From contig NZ_JADZAJ010000023.1 of the NCBI RefSeq assembly GCF_020852615.1, positions 92,967 to 156,966 on the forward strand: DNA of 64,000 nucleotides. The letters run 5' to 3'. The translations under genes and the position numbers were made by a program. The notes under the pieces are model-generated. The model worked only from the letters and a program-made list of their open reading frames with translations. It searched no databases and had not been told where the DNA came from. Shown one piece after another: positions 1 through 9,423 of this stretch; the stretch's first letter is position 1; every line of letters starts with the position of its first letter. This stretch comes from Nitrosomonas sp. (GTDB lineage: Bacteria; Pseudomonadota; Gammaproteobacteria; Burkholderiales; Nitrosomonadaceae).

Positions 1-1953
1 TTCGTGAGCATGAATCCCAGATTACTGATGAATGAGAAAGATCTGCCGGCCACCCGGCTGATTCAGCCTGGCAGCCGGATTAACTACCAGCTTCTGGTTG
101 CGGGGGAGGATGGGCAGGTGGCTGAGTTTCGGCGCTGGATCAGTGAACGGTTATCTCCAGGTGAACGCGCGGAGGGAATTCAGGATGCGCGCCCGGAAAT
201 CCGGTCAGCACTTGATCGTGCAGGAAAATTTCTGAGTCTGGCTGCGCTGGCCAGTGTAGTCGTGGCGGCGGCAGCAATGGCACTGGCTATACGGCGTTTT
301 ATCCAGCGCCACCTGGATGGCTGTGCTGTGATGCGCTGCCTGGGTGCGACCGAATCTACTCTGCTATGCCTGTATTCGCTCTATTTTGTGATGCTGGGTT
401 CGATTGCAAGTTTACTGGGGTGCGTATTTGCCGTGCTTGCACAGGAATTTTTGTCATATTGGCTGCAACAGTTGCTTGGGATTGTATTGCCGTTACCCAG
501 TGTATTACCGTTCGTACAGGGAATATTAACCGGGATGCTGCTGTTGCTGGGATTTGCCTTGCCACCCCTGCTGAACTTGCGGCAGGTACCTGCGTTGCGC
601 GTTATTCGGCGCGATCTTGATCTGGCAAATTTACACAGCCTGGCGGGGTACGGGTTTGGGCTGGTGATGCTGTCCATTCTGTTTGTCTGGAAAGCCGGGT
701 CATTTAACCTGGGGGTCATGATCATGCTGGGTTTTCTGCTGGCTGTTATCCTGTTCGGCCTGTTCGGCTTGCTGCTGATCCGGTTGTTCCTGCTGACCCG
801 CCCGCAGGGATCAGGCCCGTGGAGTTACGGGCTGGCAAATATACGAAGGCGGGCGATTCCCAGCCTGGTACAGGCTACAGCTCTCGGGTTGGGGTTCATG
901 GCGCTGTTGACCTTGACACTGACACGTGGTGATTTGATGGAGGATTGGCATGCCCGTCTTCCGGAGAATGCACCCAACCGTTTTCTGGTGAATGTTCAGC
1001 CGGATCAGCAGGAAAAGCTGATGAAATTTTTTGATGAACATGCTATTCCGCGACCCAAAATTTTTCCGATGGTGCGCGGCCGATTGCTGAAGATTAATGA
1101 TCGGCCGGTAAATCTTGATGATTTTCCGGATCCGCGAGCCAAGCAGCTGATCAACCGTGAATTTAATTTATCCTGGATGGATACGCTGCAGCCGGATAAT
1201 GAAATCGTGGCGGGCCGGTGGTGGCAGGGAAAAACTGCCTCATCTGATCATGAGTTGTCGATGGAAGCGGGATTTGCAGAAACACTTGGCCTTAAGATGA
1301 ATGATCATCTGACTTTTTACGCGGGAGGCAAGGAGTTTTCAGCAACAATCACAAGTTTGCGTACTGTGGATTGGGATACCTTCCATGTGAATTTTTTTGC
1401 TGTGGTTCGCCCCGGAGCGCTTGATGGCTATCCGGCCAGTTACATCACCAGCTTTTATTTACCGCCAGATAAGCTGCCTATCATGCAGGAGCTTATCCAC
1501 CTGTTCCCCAATTTTCTGGTAATTGATGTGGCGAGCGTGATTGAACGCGTACAAAGCATGATTGAACAGGTAACACGGGCAATCGAGTTTGTTTTTCTCT
1601 TCACTTTGCTGGCAGGGTTTGCCGTGATGTATGCCGCGATAGCATCAACTCAGGATGAAAGAATTTATGAAGCTGCAATTTTTCGTACGCTGGGTGCCAG
1701 GAAACAGCAGCTGATACGTGCGTGGGCAGTGGAGTTTGCGGTGCTTGGAGCACTGGCTGGTTTTTTCTCAGCGGCAGGAGCGAGCATCCTTGGCTATCTG
1801 ATCGGTAAATATGCACTGCATATCAGCTATTCACCGAGCCCCTGGATTGGGGTGACGGGGGTGCTGGTAAGTGTCATTGGCGTAACGGTGATCGGTCTGC
1901 TGGGGACGCGCGCAACTTTGTCACTGCCACCCTTGCTGGTCCTCAGGAAATAA
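1..1953 (+). CDS. ABC transporter permease, FtsX-like (YbbP-type), 5'-truncated by window
   Basis: Open frame from base 1; multiple TM helices; two FtsX-like permease modules with periplasmic segments; NAPNRFLVNVQ and GRWW motifs typical of YbbP. Confidence 0.85.
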   Translation, partial: FVSMNPRLLMNEKDLPATRLIQPGSRINYQLLVAGEDGQVAEFRRWISERLSPGERAEGIQDARPEIRSALDRAGKFLSLAALASVVVAAAAMALAIRRFIQRHLDGCAVMRCLGATESTLLCLYSLYFVMLGSIASLLGCVFAVLAQEFLSYWLQQLLGIVLPLPSVLPFVQGILTGMLLLLGFALPPLLNLRQVPALRVIRRDLDLANLHSLAGYGFGLVMLSILFVWKAGSFNLGVMIMLGFLLAVILFGLFGLLLIRLFLLTRPQGSGPWSYGLANIRRRAIPSLVQATALGLGFMALLTLTLTRGDLMEDWHARLPENAPNRFLVNVQPDQQEKLMKFFDEHAIPRPKIFPMVRGRLLKINDRPVNLDDFPDPRAKQLINREFNLSWMDTLQPDNEIVAGRWWQGKTASSDHELSMEAGFAETLGLKMNDHLTFYAGGKEFSATITSLRTVDWDTFHVNFFAVVRPGALDGYPASYITSFYLPPDKLPIMQELIHLFPNFLVIDVASVIERVQSMIEQVTRAIEFVFLFTLLAGFAVMYAAIASTQDERIYEAAIFRTLGARKQQLIRAWAVEFAVLGALAGFFSAAGASILGYLIGKYALHISYSPSPWIGVTGVLVSVIGVTVIGLLGTRATLSLPPLLVLRK

Positions 1954-1963
1954 GCGTATCTCA

Positions 1964-2102
1964 CAAGAAGCTGTTGAAAGGGAGGGCGAAGTCTGTTTGT
2001 GATGTTGCAGGTACCAACTTTTCTCTCGTCTGTTTTATGGTATTTCCCGGTTGTGATCTGTCTTGAACCTGGTCATTACTGTGTTTTCCAACAGCCTGTT
2101 TG
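1964..2102. repeat. Degenerate inverted-repeat-bounded MITE/IS-end relic
   Basis: CAAGAAGCTGTTGAAA (1964-1979) is roughly inverted to TTTTCCAACAGCCTGTTTG (2084-2102); resembles CAGGCTGTTGAAAA-type IS ends. Confidence 0.35.
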
Positions 2103-2200
2103 TCTATTCATTCCAAGTCGTTTTTTGCAAAAATACCATTCCCTTCATAAAGATAGTCACATTAATGGTGGTTGTCTGTTACTTAAGATCCCGATGCAAT

Positions 2201-2233
2201 ATAGTTGACTGATATTGTCGGGTATTATACAGT
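2201..2233 (+). promoter_or_regulatory. IscR type-1 operator overlapping a sigma70 promoter
   Basis: ATAGTTGACTGATATTGTCGGGTAT (2201-2225) fits ATASYYGACTRWWWYAGTCRRSTAT at 24/25 positions; TTGACT(2205-2210)-17 nt-TACAGT(2228-2233). Confidence 0.8.
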
Positions 2234-2301
2234 TACACCCTGAACAAAATTAACAGTAAGCGTTTCCAAGTCGCTTTAAAACAATACGCTAGGGGGTAGC
2301 A

Positions 2302-2781
2302 ATGAGATTAACGACAAAAGGACGGTTTGCGGTTACGGCGCTTCTGGATATCGCTATACGGCATGGCAGCGGGCCGGTTGCACTGGCGGATATCAGCGAG
2401 CGACAGCGTATATCGCTGTCTTATCTGGAGCAGCTGTTTGCCAAGTTACGTCAGCGCAAGCTGGTAGACAGCGTCCGGGGACCGGGTGGCGGGTATTGTC
2501 TTGCCAAGAGTCTTGATGAAGTGTCCGTGGCTGACATTATTCTGGCAGTGGACGAGCCTATCGACATTACTCAGTGTGGCGGCAAAGAAAACTGCCTGGA
2601 TGACGGCAAATGTATGACTCATGATTTATGGGCGAAACTGCATGAAATCATTTATGACTATCTTGGCCACGTGACTTTGAAACGGCTGGTGGAGGAACAG
2701 AGTGAGCGTGAGCTGCTGCGCGAAATGCAGCGTGAGCAGGCCGTCGTTAAGCTGTATGACATGCGGGAAGCTGCATTCTGA
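2302..2781 (+). CDS. iscR: Fe-S cluster assembly transcriptional regulator IscR (Rrf2 family)
   Basis: MRLTTKGRFAVTA, SLSYLEQLF, SVRGPGGGY; Fe-S ligands C-x5-C-x5-C-x2-H (QCGGKENCLDDGKCMTH). Confidence 0.95.
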   Translation: MRLTTKGRFAVTALLDIAIRHGSGPVALADISERQRISLSYLEQLFAKLRQRKLVDSVRGPGGGYCLAKSLDEVSVADIILAVDEPIDITQCGGKENCLDDGKCMTHDLWAKLHEIIYDYLGHVTLKRLVEEQSERELLREMQREQAVVKLYDMREAAF

Positions 2782-2811
2782 CTGTCTGTCTGTTTGCGAG
2801 AGGGTATGCTT

Positions 2812-3144
2812 ATGGCAATTACATTAACCGAACGTGCCGCCAGGCAGATCCGGCAGCAGTTGGGTAAACGGGGTAAAGGGGTTGCGTTGCGGCTGGGTGT
2901 TAAAAAATCAGGCTGTTCCGGTTTTGCGTACAGTTTTGATTATGCTGATGAAGTGCGAGAGAACGATCAGCTGTTTGAATCAAACGGTGCCAAAGTTGTT
3001 GTTCAGTGCGATCAGCTGCCGTTTGTTGATGGCTCTGAAGTTGATTTTATCCAGGAAGGATTGAACAGTTCTTTCAAATTTCGCAACCCGAATATTGATA
3101 ATACTTGTGGCTGTGGAGAAAGTTTCAGCCTTAAAACCCAGTAA
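2812..3144 (+). CDS. A-type Fe-S carrier (IscA/SufA/HesB)
   Basis: SGCSGFAY and CGCGESF motifs; start set at ATG 2812 (2806 also possible). Confidence 0.92.
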   Translation: MAITLTERAARQIRQQLGKRGKGVALRLGVKKSGCSGFAYSFDYADEVRENDQLFESNGAKVVVQCDQLPFVDGSEVDFIQEGLNSSFKFRNPNIDNTCGCGESFSLKTQ

Positions 3145-3161
3145 ATCAGGAATTATAAAAA

Positions 3162-4598
3162 ATGAGTGCTGCATTACAACATTTGGTGAACCAGCCATAT
3201 AAGCACGGCTTCGTCACAGATATAGAAGCAGATATTGCGCCTAAAGGGCTCAATGAAGACATTATCAGGCTGATTTCTTCCAAGAAAAATGAGCCTGAAT
3301 GGTTGCTTGCTTTCAGGTTGGAAGCTTACCGGAAATGGCTCGATATGGTTGAGCCTGCGTGGCAAAACGTCAAATACCCAAAAATTGATTTTCAGGATAT
3401 CAGCTATTATTCGGCACCCAAGCCCAAGAAAAAACTGGCCAGTATGGATGAGGTGGATCCTGAGCTGTTGCGTACTTTTGAGAAACTGGGGGTGCCTATG
3501 CATGAACGGGCAGCCCTGGCAGGGGTTGCTGTCGATGTCATTTTTGACAGTGTATCGGTTGCAACGACCTATAAGGAAAAACTGGCTGAAGTTGGTATTA
3601 TTTTCTGCTCGATTTCAGAGGCTGTGCATAAATACCCTGAGCTGATCAAACAGTACCTGGGTACGGTTGTTCCTCCGGGAGATAACTATTATGCGGCATT
3701 GAATTCCGCTGTATTTACCGACGGCTCTTTCTGCTTTATCCCCAGGGGCGTCAAATGTCCGATGGATTTATCCACCTATTTTCGTATCAATACGGAAGAA
3801 TCCGGGCAGTTTGAGCGCACGCTGATCATTGCGGAAGCAGGCGCTTCCGTTTCGTATCTGGAAGGGTGTACTGCACCCCGGTTTGATACCAACCAGCTGC
3901 ATGCGGCTGTTGTTGAACTGGTCGCGCTGGATGATGCGGATATCAAGTATTCAACCGTACAGAACTGGTATGCCGGTGATGAGAACGGTGTCGGTGGTAT
4001 TTATAATTTTGTTACCAAGCGCGGATTGGCAAAAGGTAGAAATTCACGTATTTCCTGGACGCAGGTCGAAACAGGATCCGCGATTACCTGGAAATACCCT
4101 TCGTGCATTTTGCGTGGAGAAAATTCAGTTGGTGAGTTCTATTCTGTTGCAGTGACCAACCATCACCAGCAGGCTGATACCGGTACCAAGATGATCCATA
4201 TTGGCCCGAATACGCGCAGCACTATTGTCAGCAAGGGAATTTCGGCAGGGCAGTCCAACAGCAGTTATCGCGGCCTCGTAAGAATCGCCCCGACAGCCCG
4301 AAATGCCCGTAATTATTCACAGTGTGATTCGATGCTGATCGGCAGTCAGTGCGGAGCGCATACCTTCCCGTATATCCAGGTGCAGAACAGCAGCGCTCAG
4401 GTTGAACATGAAGCTTCGACTTCCAAAATCGGTGAAGATCAACTGTTTTATTTTGCTCAGCGTGGTATTGGTGCGGAAGAAGCGGTATCGATGATTATCA
4501 ATGGCTTCTGCAAAGAGGTTTTTCAGCAGCTGCCACTGGAATTTGCCGTGGAAGCTACCAAGTTACTCAGCTTTAAGCTGGAAGGAAGTGTTGGATGA
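3162..4598 (+). CDS. sufB: Fe-S cluster assembly protein SufB
   Basis: [32 protein letters not shown] motifs. Confidence 0.97.
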   Translation: MSAALQHLVNQPYKHGFVTDIEADIAPKGLNEDIIRLISSKKNEPEWLLAFRLEAYRKWLDMVEPAWQNVKYPKIDFQDISYYSAPKPKKKLASMDEVDPELLRTFEKLGVPMHERAALAGVAVDVIFDSVSVATTYKEKLAEVGIIFCSISEAVHKYPELIKQYLGTVVPPGDNYYAALNSAVFTDGSFCFIPRGVKCPMDLSTYFRINTEESGQFERTLIIAEAGASVSYLEGCTAPRFDTNQLHAAVVELVALDDADIKYSTVQNWYAGDENGVGGIYNFVTKRGLAKGRNSRISWTQVETGSAITWKYPSCILRGENSVGEFYSVAVTNHHQQADTGTKMIHIGPNTRSTIVSKGISAGQSNSSYRGLVRIAPTARNARNYSQCDSMLIGSQCGAHTFPYIQVQNSSAQVEHEASTSKIGEDQLFYFAQRGIGAEEAVSMIINGFCKEVFQQLPLEFAVEATKLLSFKLEGSVG

Positions 4599-5386
4599 TA
4601 AATATAAACAGCAAAATTCTGCTTGAAGTGCATGATTTACATGCAACAGTGGGTGGAATCGAGATTCTCAAGGGGGTAAATCTAACCGTTAAAAGTGGAG
4701 AGATACACGCCATTATGGGGTTGAATGGCTCGGGCAAGAGTACTTTCTCTAAAGTACTGGCCGGCCATCCGGATTATGAAATAACCCGGGGTACGCTGCT
4801 TTTTGACGGTCAGGATTTATCTGCATTGGCACCGGAAGAACGTGCACAGGCAGGTATATTTCTCGCTTTTCAGTATCCGGTGGAAATACCGGGAGTGGCT
4901 AACGATCATTTTCTGAGACTGGCTTACAACACGGTTCAGGGGAAGCGTGGCAAGGAAGAGCTGGATCCGCTTGAGTTTGACGATTTTGTTCGGGAAAAAA
5001 TGAAATTGCTCAAAATGAATCCGGATTTTCTCGATCGCAGTGTCAATGAGGGATTCTCGGGCGGTGAGAAGAAGCGTAACGAGATATTGCAGATGGCGTT
5101 GCTTGAACCTCGTCTTGCACTGCTGGATGAAACGGATTCAGGGCTGGACATTGATGCACTCAGAATCGTAGCGAATGGGATTAATCAGCTGTCCGGCAAA
5201 GATAACGCCATGATTCTGGTAACACACTATCAGCGCCTGCTGGATTACATCGTTCCCGATTTTGTTCATGTAATGGAAGCAGGGCGTATCATCAGAACGA
5301 GCGGCAAGGAGCTGGCACAGGCCCTGGAAACGCATGGTTATGACTGGATTCATGCAAATGATCAGGTGGCCGGAGCGCAGCCATGA
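4595..5386 (+). CDS. sufC: Fe-S cluster assembly ATPase SufC
   Basis: Walker A GLNGSGKS; [13 protein letters not shown]; signature FSGGEKKR; LDETDSGLD. Confidence 0.97.
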   Translation: MININSKILLEVHDLHATVGGIEILKGVNLTVKSGEIHAIMGLNGSGKSTFSKVLAGHPDYEITRGTLLFDGQDLSALAPEERAQAGIFLAFQYPVEIPGVANDHFLRLAYNTVQGKRGKEELDPLEFDDFVREKMKLLKMNPDFLDRSVNEGFSGGEKKRNEILQMALLEPRLALLDETDSGLDIDALRIVANGINQLSGKDNAMILVTHYQRLLDYIVPDFVHVMEAGRIIRTSGKELAQALETHGYDWIHANDQVAGAQP

Positions 5387-6687
5387 ATATGATTATCAAG
5401 GATGACTATCTTGATAAGCTGATTGCATCGTGGAAGAAAGAAATCTCTCCGGTTCATTCTGTATCGTATCTGGATCAGCTTAAGGCAGATGCGTTAAATT
5501 GTGTCGAATCGCTGAGGCTACCTACGATCCGTGATGAGGAATGGCGCTTTACTGATATTTCCTCACTCAGGGCAACCCCGTTTCCAAGAGCATCTGCTGC
5601 CACTTTACCGGTATCGGATAATCAGGCAGATACCTTTCTTGATGAAGCGGTCTGTAAACTGGTGTTTATTGATGGCCGGTATGTGCCCGGACTTTCTGTT
5701 CAAACTGCTGACAATTCCATTACTGTCAGCAGTTTGTCTGGTTTAACCGGTACGTCCTCTGTAGCTGAACAGTATCTCGGCCGGCTTGCTGATTTTCAGG
5801 AAAATGTATTTGTGGCACTGAATACAGCACTGATGCATGAAGGTGTTTGTGTCATCGTACCAGCTGATGTTGCAGTGAAAGTACCTGTTCACATTCTGTA
5901 TATCTCTTCCCGGAAGGAAGTGACTGTCTATCCGCGCTGTCTCGTGGTAGCTGAATCAGGAGCCAGTGTGACTGTTATTGAAGAGTATGTCGCGTTGCAC
6001 GAAGGCGTTTCACTGACGAATTCTGTAACGGAAATGTACTTAAAGGATTCAGCCCGTGTGAATCATATCCGCGTACAGCGTGAAAGTCCGCAAGCTTTCC
6101 ATATCGCGAACAGTTCTGCTCTTGTTGCAAAATCTGCTCAATATGATTCGATCAGCCTTGCATTGGGCGCGCATATTTCACGTTTTGACCAGAAGATTAC
6201 ACTGGCTGGCGAGAATGCCGGGTGTGAAGTGGACGGGCTGGCTTTAATAGCAGGCCGACAGCTCGCGGATACGCATACTTTCATTGATCATGCCAATCCA
6301 CATTGCAGAAGCAGGCAGCTTCATAAATGTATTATGGATGACAGTGCACACGGTGTTTTCAGTGGAAAAATCATGGTGCGCCCGCATGCGCAGCTGACCG
6401 ATGCCAGACAGCTGAACCGTAATCTGCTGCTGTCAGACAGGGCTCGTGTGGATACCAAGCCCCAGCTTGAGATTTTTGCGGATGATGTTAAATGTGCTCA
6501 TGGCGCCACGGTGGGTCAACTGGATAGAGAATCACTTTTTTATCTGCAAAGCAGAGGGCTTACTGAGACAGTGGCGCGCAACCTGTTAACTTACGCATTT
6601 GGAGGAGAGGTAATCAGCCGTGTCACAGTACCTTCACTCAGGCAACACCTCGAACAATATATCCTTGCAAGAACACGGATCAGTTAA
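5383..6687 (+). CDS. sufD: Fe-S cluster assembly protein SufD
   Basis: [24 protein letters not shown] motifs; operon position. Confidence 0.96.
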   Translation: MNMIIKDDYLDKLIASWKKEISPVHSVSYLDQLKADALNCVESLRLPTIRDEEWRFTDISSLRATPFPRASAATLPVSDNQADTFLDEAVCKLVFIDGRYVPGLSVQTADNSITVSSLSGLTGTSSVAEQYLGRLADFQENVFVALNTALMHEGVCVIVPADVAVKVPVHILYISSRKEVTVYPRCLVVAESGASVTVIEEYVALHEGVSLTNSVTEMYLKDSARVNHIRVQRESPQAFHIANSSALVAKSAQYDSISLALGAHISRFDQKITLAGENAGCEVDGLALIAGRQLADTHTFIDHANPHCRSRQLHKCIMDDSAHGVFSGKIMVRPHAQLTDARQLNRNLLLSDRARVDTKPQLEIFADDVKCAHGATVGQLDRESLFYLQSRGLTETVARNLLTYAFGGEVISRVTVPSLRQHLEQYILARTRIS

Positions 6688-6690
6688 AAC

Positions 6691-7956
6691 ATGGAAACGG
6701 TCAATGTATTGACACCAGCTGTCAGACAAACAGCAATATCAGGAATGGAACGGCTGCGTGCTGATTTTCCGATTCTGGGTATCAGGGTAGAGGACAAGCC
6801 GCTGGTCTACCTTGATAACGCTGCTTCCAGCCAGATGCCGCAAATCGTGATTGATCGTCTGGTGCGGTACCAGAAAACCCAGCATGCCAACATTCATCGT
6901 GCGGTACACCATTTATCCGGGATTGCGACGCAGGAATACGAGGCAGCGCGGCGTAAACTGCAGTGCTTCATTAGTGCGCGGGAAGAAAGGGAAGTGATTT
7001 TTACCAGCGGGACGACTGACAGTATCAATCTGGTAATGCATGGTTACGGGCGAAAATTTATTCAGGAGGGGGATGAAATTATCCTGACCGCGCTTGAACA
7101 TCATTCCAATATTGTCCCCTGGCAGATGCTGGCTGAGGAAAAAGGGGCGCGCATTCGTGTGGTTCCAATTAACGATGCAGGTGAGCTTTTAGTTGAGGAA
7201 TATGAAAAGCTTTTCAATTCCAGAACCCGATTTGTCGGGCTGTCACATGTTTCCAATGCACTTGGCAGTATCAACCCGATTAAGCGCATGATTGCCACAG
7301 CACATCAGCATGGTGTGCCTGTTCTGGTTGATGGCGCGCAGGCGGCGCCGCACCTGAAAATCGATGTGCGGGATCTCGATTGTGATTTTTATGCTTTTTC
7401 TGCTCATAAAATGTGTGGTCCTACCGGGATCGGTATTCTGTACGGGAAAGCGCATTTGCTCGAATCCATGCAGCCATTCAAAGGGGGAGGGGATATGATT
7501 ACCTCGGTTTCCTTTGAGAAAACAACTTATAACGAGATTCCATATAAGTTTGAGGCAGGCACTCCCCCTATTGCAGCTGCCATAGGTTTTGGTGCGGCAA
7601 TCGATTATCTGGAACAGATTGGCCTTGATGCCATTGCCGCTTATGAGCACGAGCTGCTGGTTTATGCATCAGAACAGATCAGAGCACTTCCGGGAGTGAG
7701 AATTGTGGGTGACTGTCAGAATAAAGTGGCAGTGATATCGTTTGTGATGGACGGTATTCATCCGCATGATGTGGGCACTTTGCTGAATCAGGATGGAATT
7801 GCTGTACGCACAGGCCACCATTGTGCACAACCAATCATGCAGCGTTTCAACGTGGCAGCGACATCACGTGCTTCGTTTTCGTTTTATAACACTAAAAAAG
7901 AGATTGATACGCTGGTGGAGGGTATCCGATCCGTACAAAAGGTTTTCGCACAATGA
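6691..7956 (+). CDS. sufS: Cysteine desulfurase SufS
   Basis: YLDNAAS, PLP-lysine FSAHKMCGPTG, catalytic RTGHHCAQP. Confidence 0.96.
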   Translation: METVNVLTPAVRQTAISGMERLRADFPILGIRVEDKPLVYLDNAASSQMPQIVIDRLVRYQKTQHANIHRAVHHLSGIATQEYEAARRKLQCFISAREEREVIFTSGTTDSINLVMHGYGRKFIQEGDEIILTALEHHSNIVPWQMLAEEKGARIRVVPINDAGELLVEEYEKLFNSRTRFVGLSHVSNALGSINPIKRMIATAHQHGVPVLVDGAQAAPHLKIDVRDLDCDFYAFSAHKMCGPTGIGILYGKAHLLESMQPFKGGGDMITSVSFEKTTYNEIPYKFEAGTPPIAAAIGFGAAIDYLEQIGLDAIAAYEHELLVYASEQIRALPGVRIVGDCQNKVAVISFVMDGIHPHDVGTLLNQDGIAVRTGHHCAQPIMQRFNVAATSRASFSFYNTKKEIDTLVEGIRSVQKVFAQ

Positions 7957-8432
7957 GTCTGAAATCGATTTATCAGGAAGTCATTCTTGATCATAACCGC
8001 AAGCCGCGTAACTACGGTGCTCTCCGTTCTCCCAGCCACCATGCAACCGGACATAACCCGTTGTGTGGTGATCGTATTGATCTGGATATCAATATGCATG
8101 ACGGGCGCATTGATGAGATTGCGTTCCGGGGAGAATCCTGTGCAATCTGCAAGGCTTCTTCCTCAATGATGACGAATGCCGTTAAAGGCAAATCTTTTCA
8201 GGAAGCAGAAGAGCTGATCCGGGAATTCAGAGAGATGCTGGTAGACGGGATAGAGAAAGATTTTGATCATCTCGGCCGGCTCAAAGTATTGGCGGGGGTG
8301 CGTGATTTACCAACCCGGATCAAGTGTGCGATTCTGCCGTGGCATACCCTGCATGCAGCCATGAATTCAGTGGCGGGGGCTACAACAGAGGCAGATGATC
8401 ATGAAGATCAGCTGGTGGCGAATAATCACTGA
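7953..8432 (+). CDS. sufU: SUF system sulfur-transfer protein SufU
   Basis: IYQEVILDH, NPLCGD, SCAICKAS, RIKCAILPW. Confidence 0.9.
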   Translation: MSLKSIYQEVILDHNRKPRNYGALRSPSHHATGHNPLCGDRIDLDINMHDGRIDEIAFRGESCAICKASSSMMTNAVKGKSFQEAEELIREFREMLVDGIEKDFDHLGRLKVLAGVRDLPTRIKCAILPWHTLHAAMNSVAGATTEADDHEDQLVANNH

Positions 8433-8439
8433 CAAAATC

Positions 8440-9000
8440 ATGCCAAAAATTGCTGAAATTGAAGGAACACCTAACCCGAACGCACTAAAGTTTGTGCTGA
8501 AGGAGCCACTGACCTGGGGGGTTACCAAATCTTACGACAACGCTGAGCAGGCGGTGGATGATCCGCTTGCTGCCGCGTTGTTTGATATTGACCATGTAAC
8601 CAATATTTTTTATGTGGATCGCTGGATTACGATTACACAGGATGGCGGGGCAGACTGGCAGGATCTGGCACGTGCAGTAGCGGATCCAATCCGTGCCGCA
8701 CCGGCAGCAACTGACCAGTCAGCTGCTGTAGTGGCTGCAGCCAGCGAAGTACTGGCTAATCTCAGTGAAGAAGACCAGCAGCGACTGGAGCGTATCAATA
8801 TCCTGCTGGATGAAGAAGTACGCCCTTTTTTGCAGCATGATGGAGGGGATCTTCATGTTCTGGCGCTGGAGGGCAGCATCCTGCGTATCCATTATCAGGG
8901 AGCATGTGGTACCTGCCCCAGCTCGATCTCCGGGACATTGAGAGGGATCGAACAGCTCCTGAGGACGATCGAACCGGACATTCGGGTCGTATCTGACTGA
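8440..9000 (+). CDS. NifU/Nfu-type Fe-S scaffold or carrier (Nfu N-terminal + NifU C-terminal domain)
   Basis: EGTPNPNALKF N-domain; RPFLQHDGGD and GACGTCPSS (CxxC); start moved to ATG 8440. Confidence 0.9.
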   Translation: MPKIAEIEGTPNPNALKFVLKEPLTWGVTKSYDNAEQAVDDPLAAALFDIDHVTNIFYVDRWITITQDGGADWQDLARAVADPIRAAPAATDQSAAVVAAASEVLANLSEEDQQRLERINILLDEEVRPFLQHDGGDLHVLALEGSILRIHYQGACGTCPSSISGTLRGIEQLLRTIEPDIRVVSD

Positions 9001-9064
9001 CCTGTGATTTAGAGTACTCCTGAGAACGGGTGCAATTCCTGTCTGTATAAACAACCTTCAAAAT

Positions 9065-9095
9065 GACTGATTCTCCGAGAATACGGGAATCAGTC
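9065..9095. terminator. Stem-loop downstream of the SUF operon (probable terminator)
   Basis: GACTGATTC(9065-9073)...GAATCAGTC(9087-9095) plus inner CCG/CGG; no clear adjacent U-tract. Confidence 0.5.
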
Positions 9096-9423
9096 TGCCG
9101 GCACGCCTCTTTTCGTCCGTTTCACCGAAACCTTCCGACACGTTTATGTTCCATGTGCGCGTGGAGTGTGTGTACTTATCTTTTTTAATACGTGTAAATG
9201 AAGCTGAAATAACCTCGCTGGTATCCAAACGGGGTATCAGGTAATCCTGGTTCTGAAGCAGGTGCCTGTTTTGGGTTTATTTCTTAAATTCACTCACTAC
9301 CAGATTGTGCTATAAATCGTCATTTGAATGATATTTGGATAAAAAACTGTAACTCCGGATTGTATTCAAGGTGGCAGCTGTAAAAATACAAACATTTAAT
9401 CAGATATTTAATTACCAAAAGAG

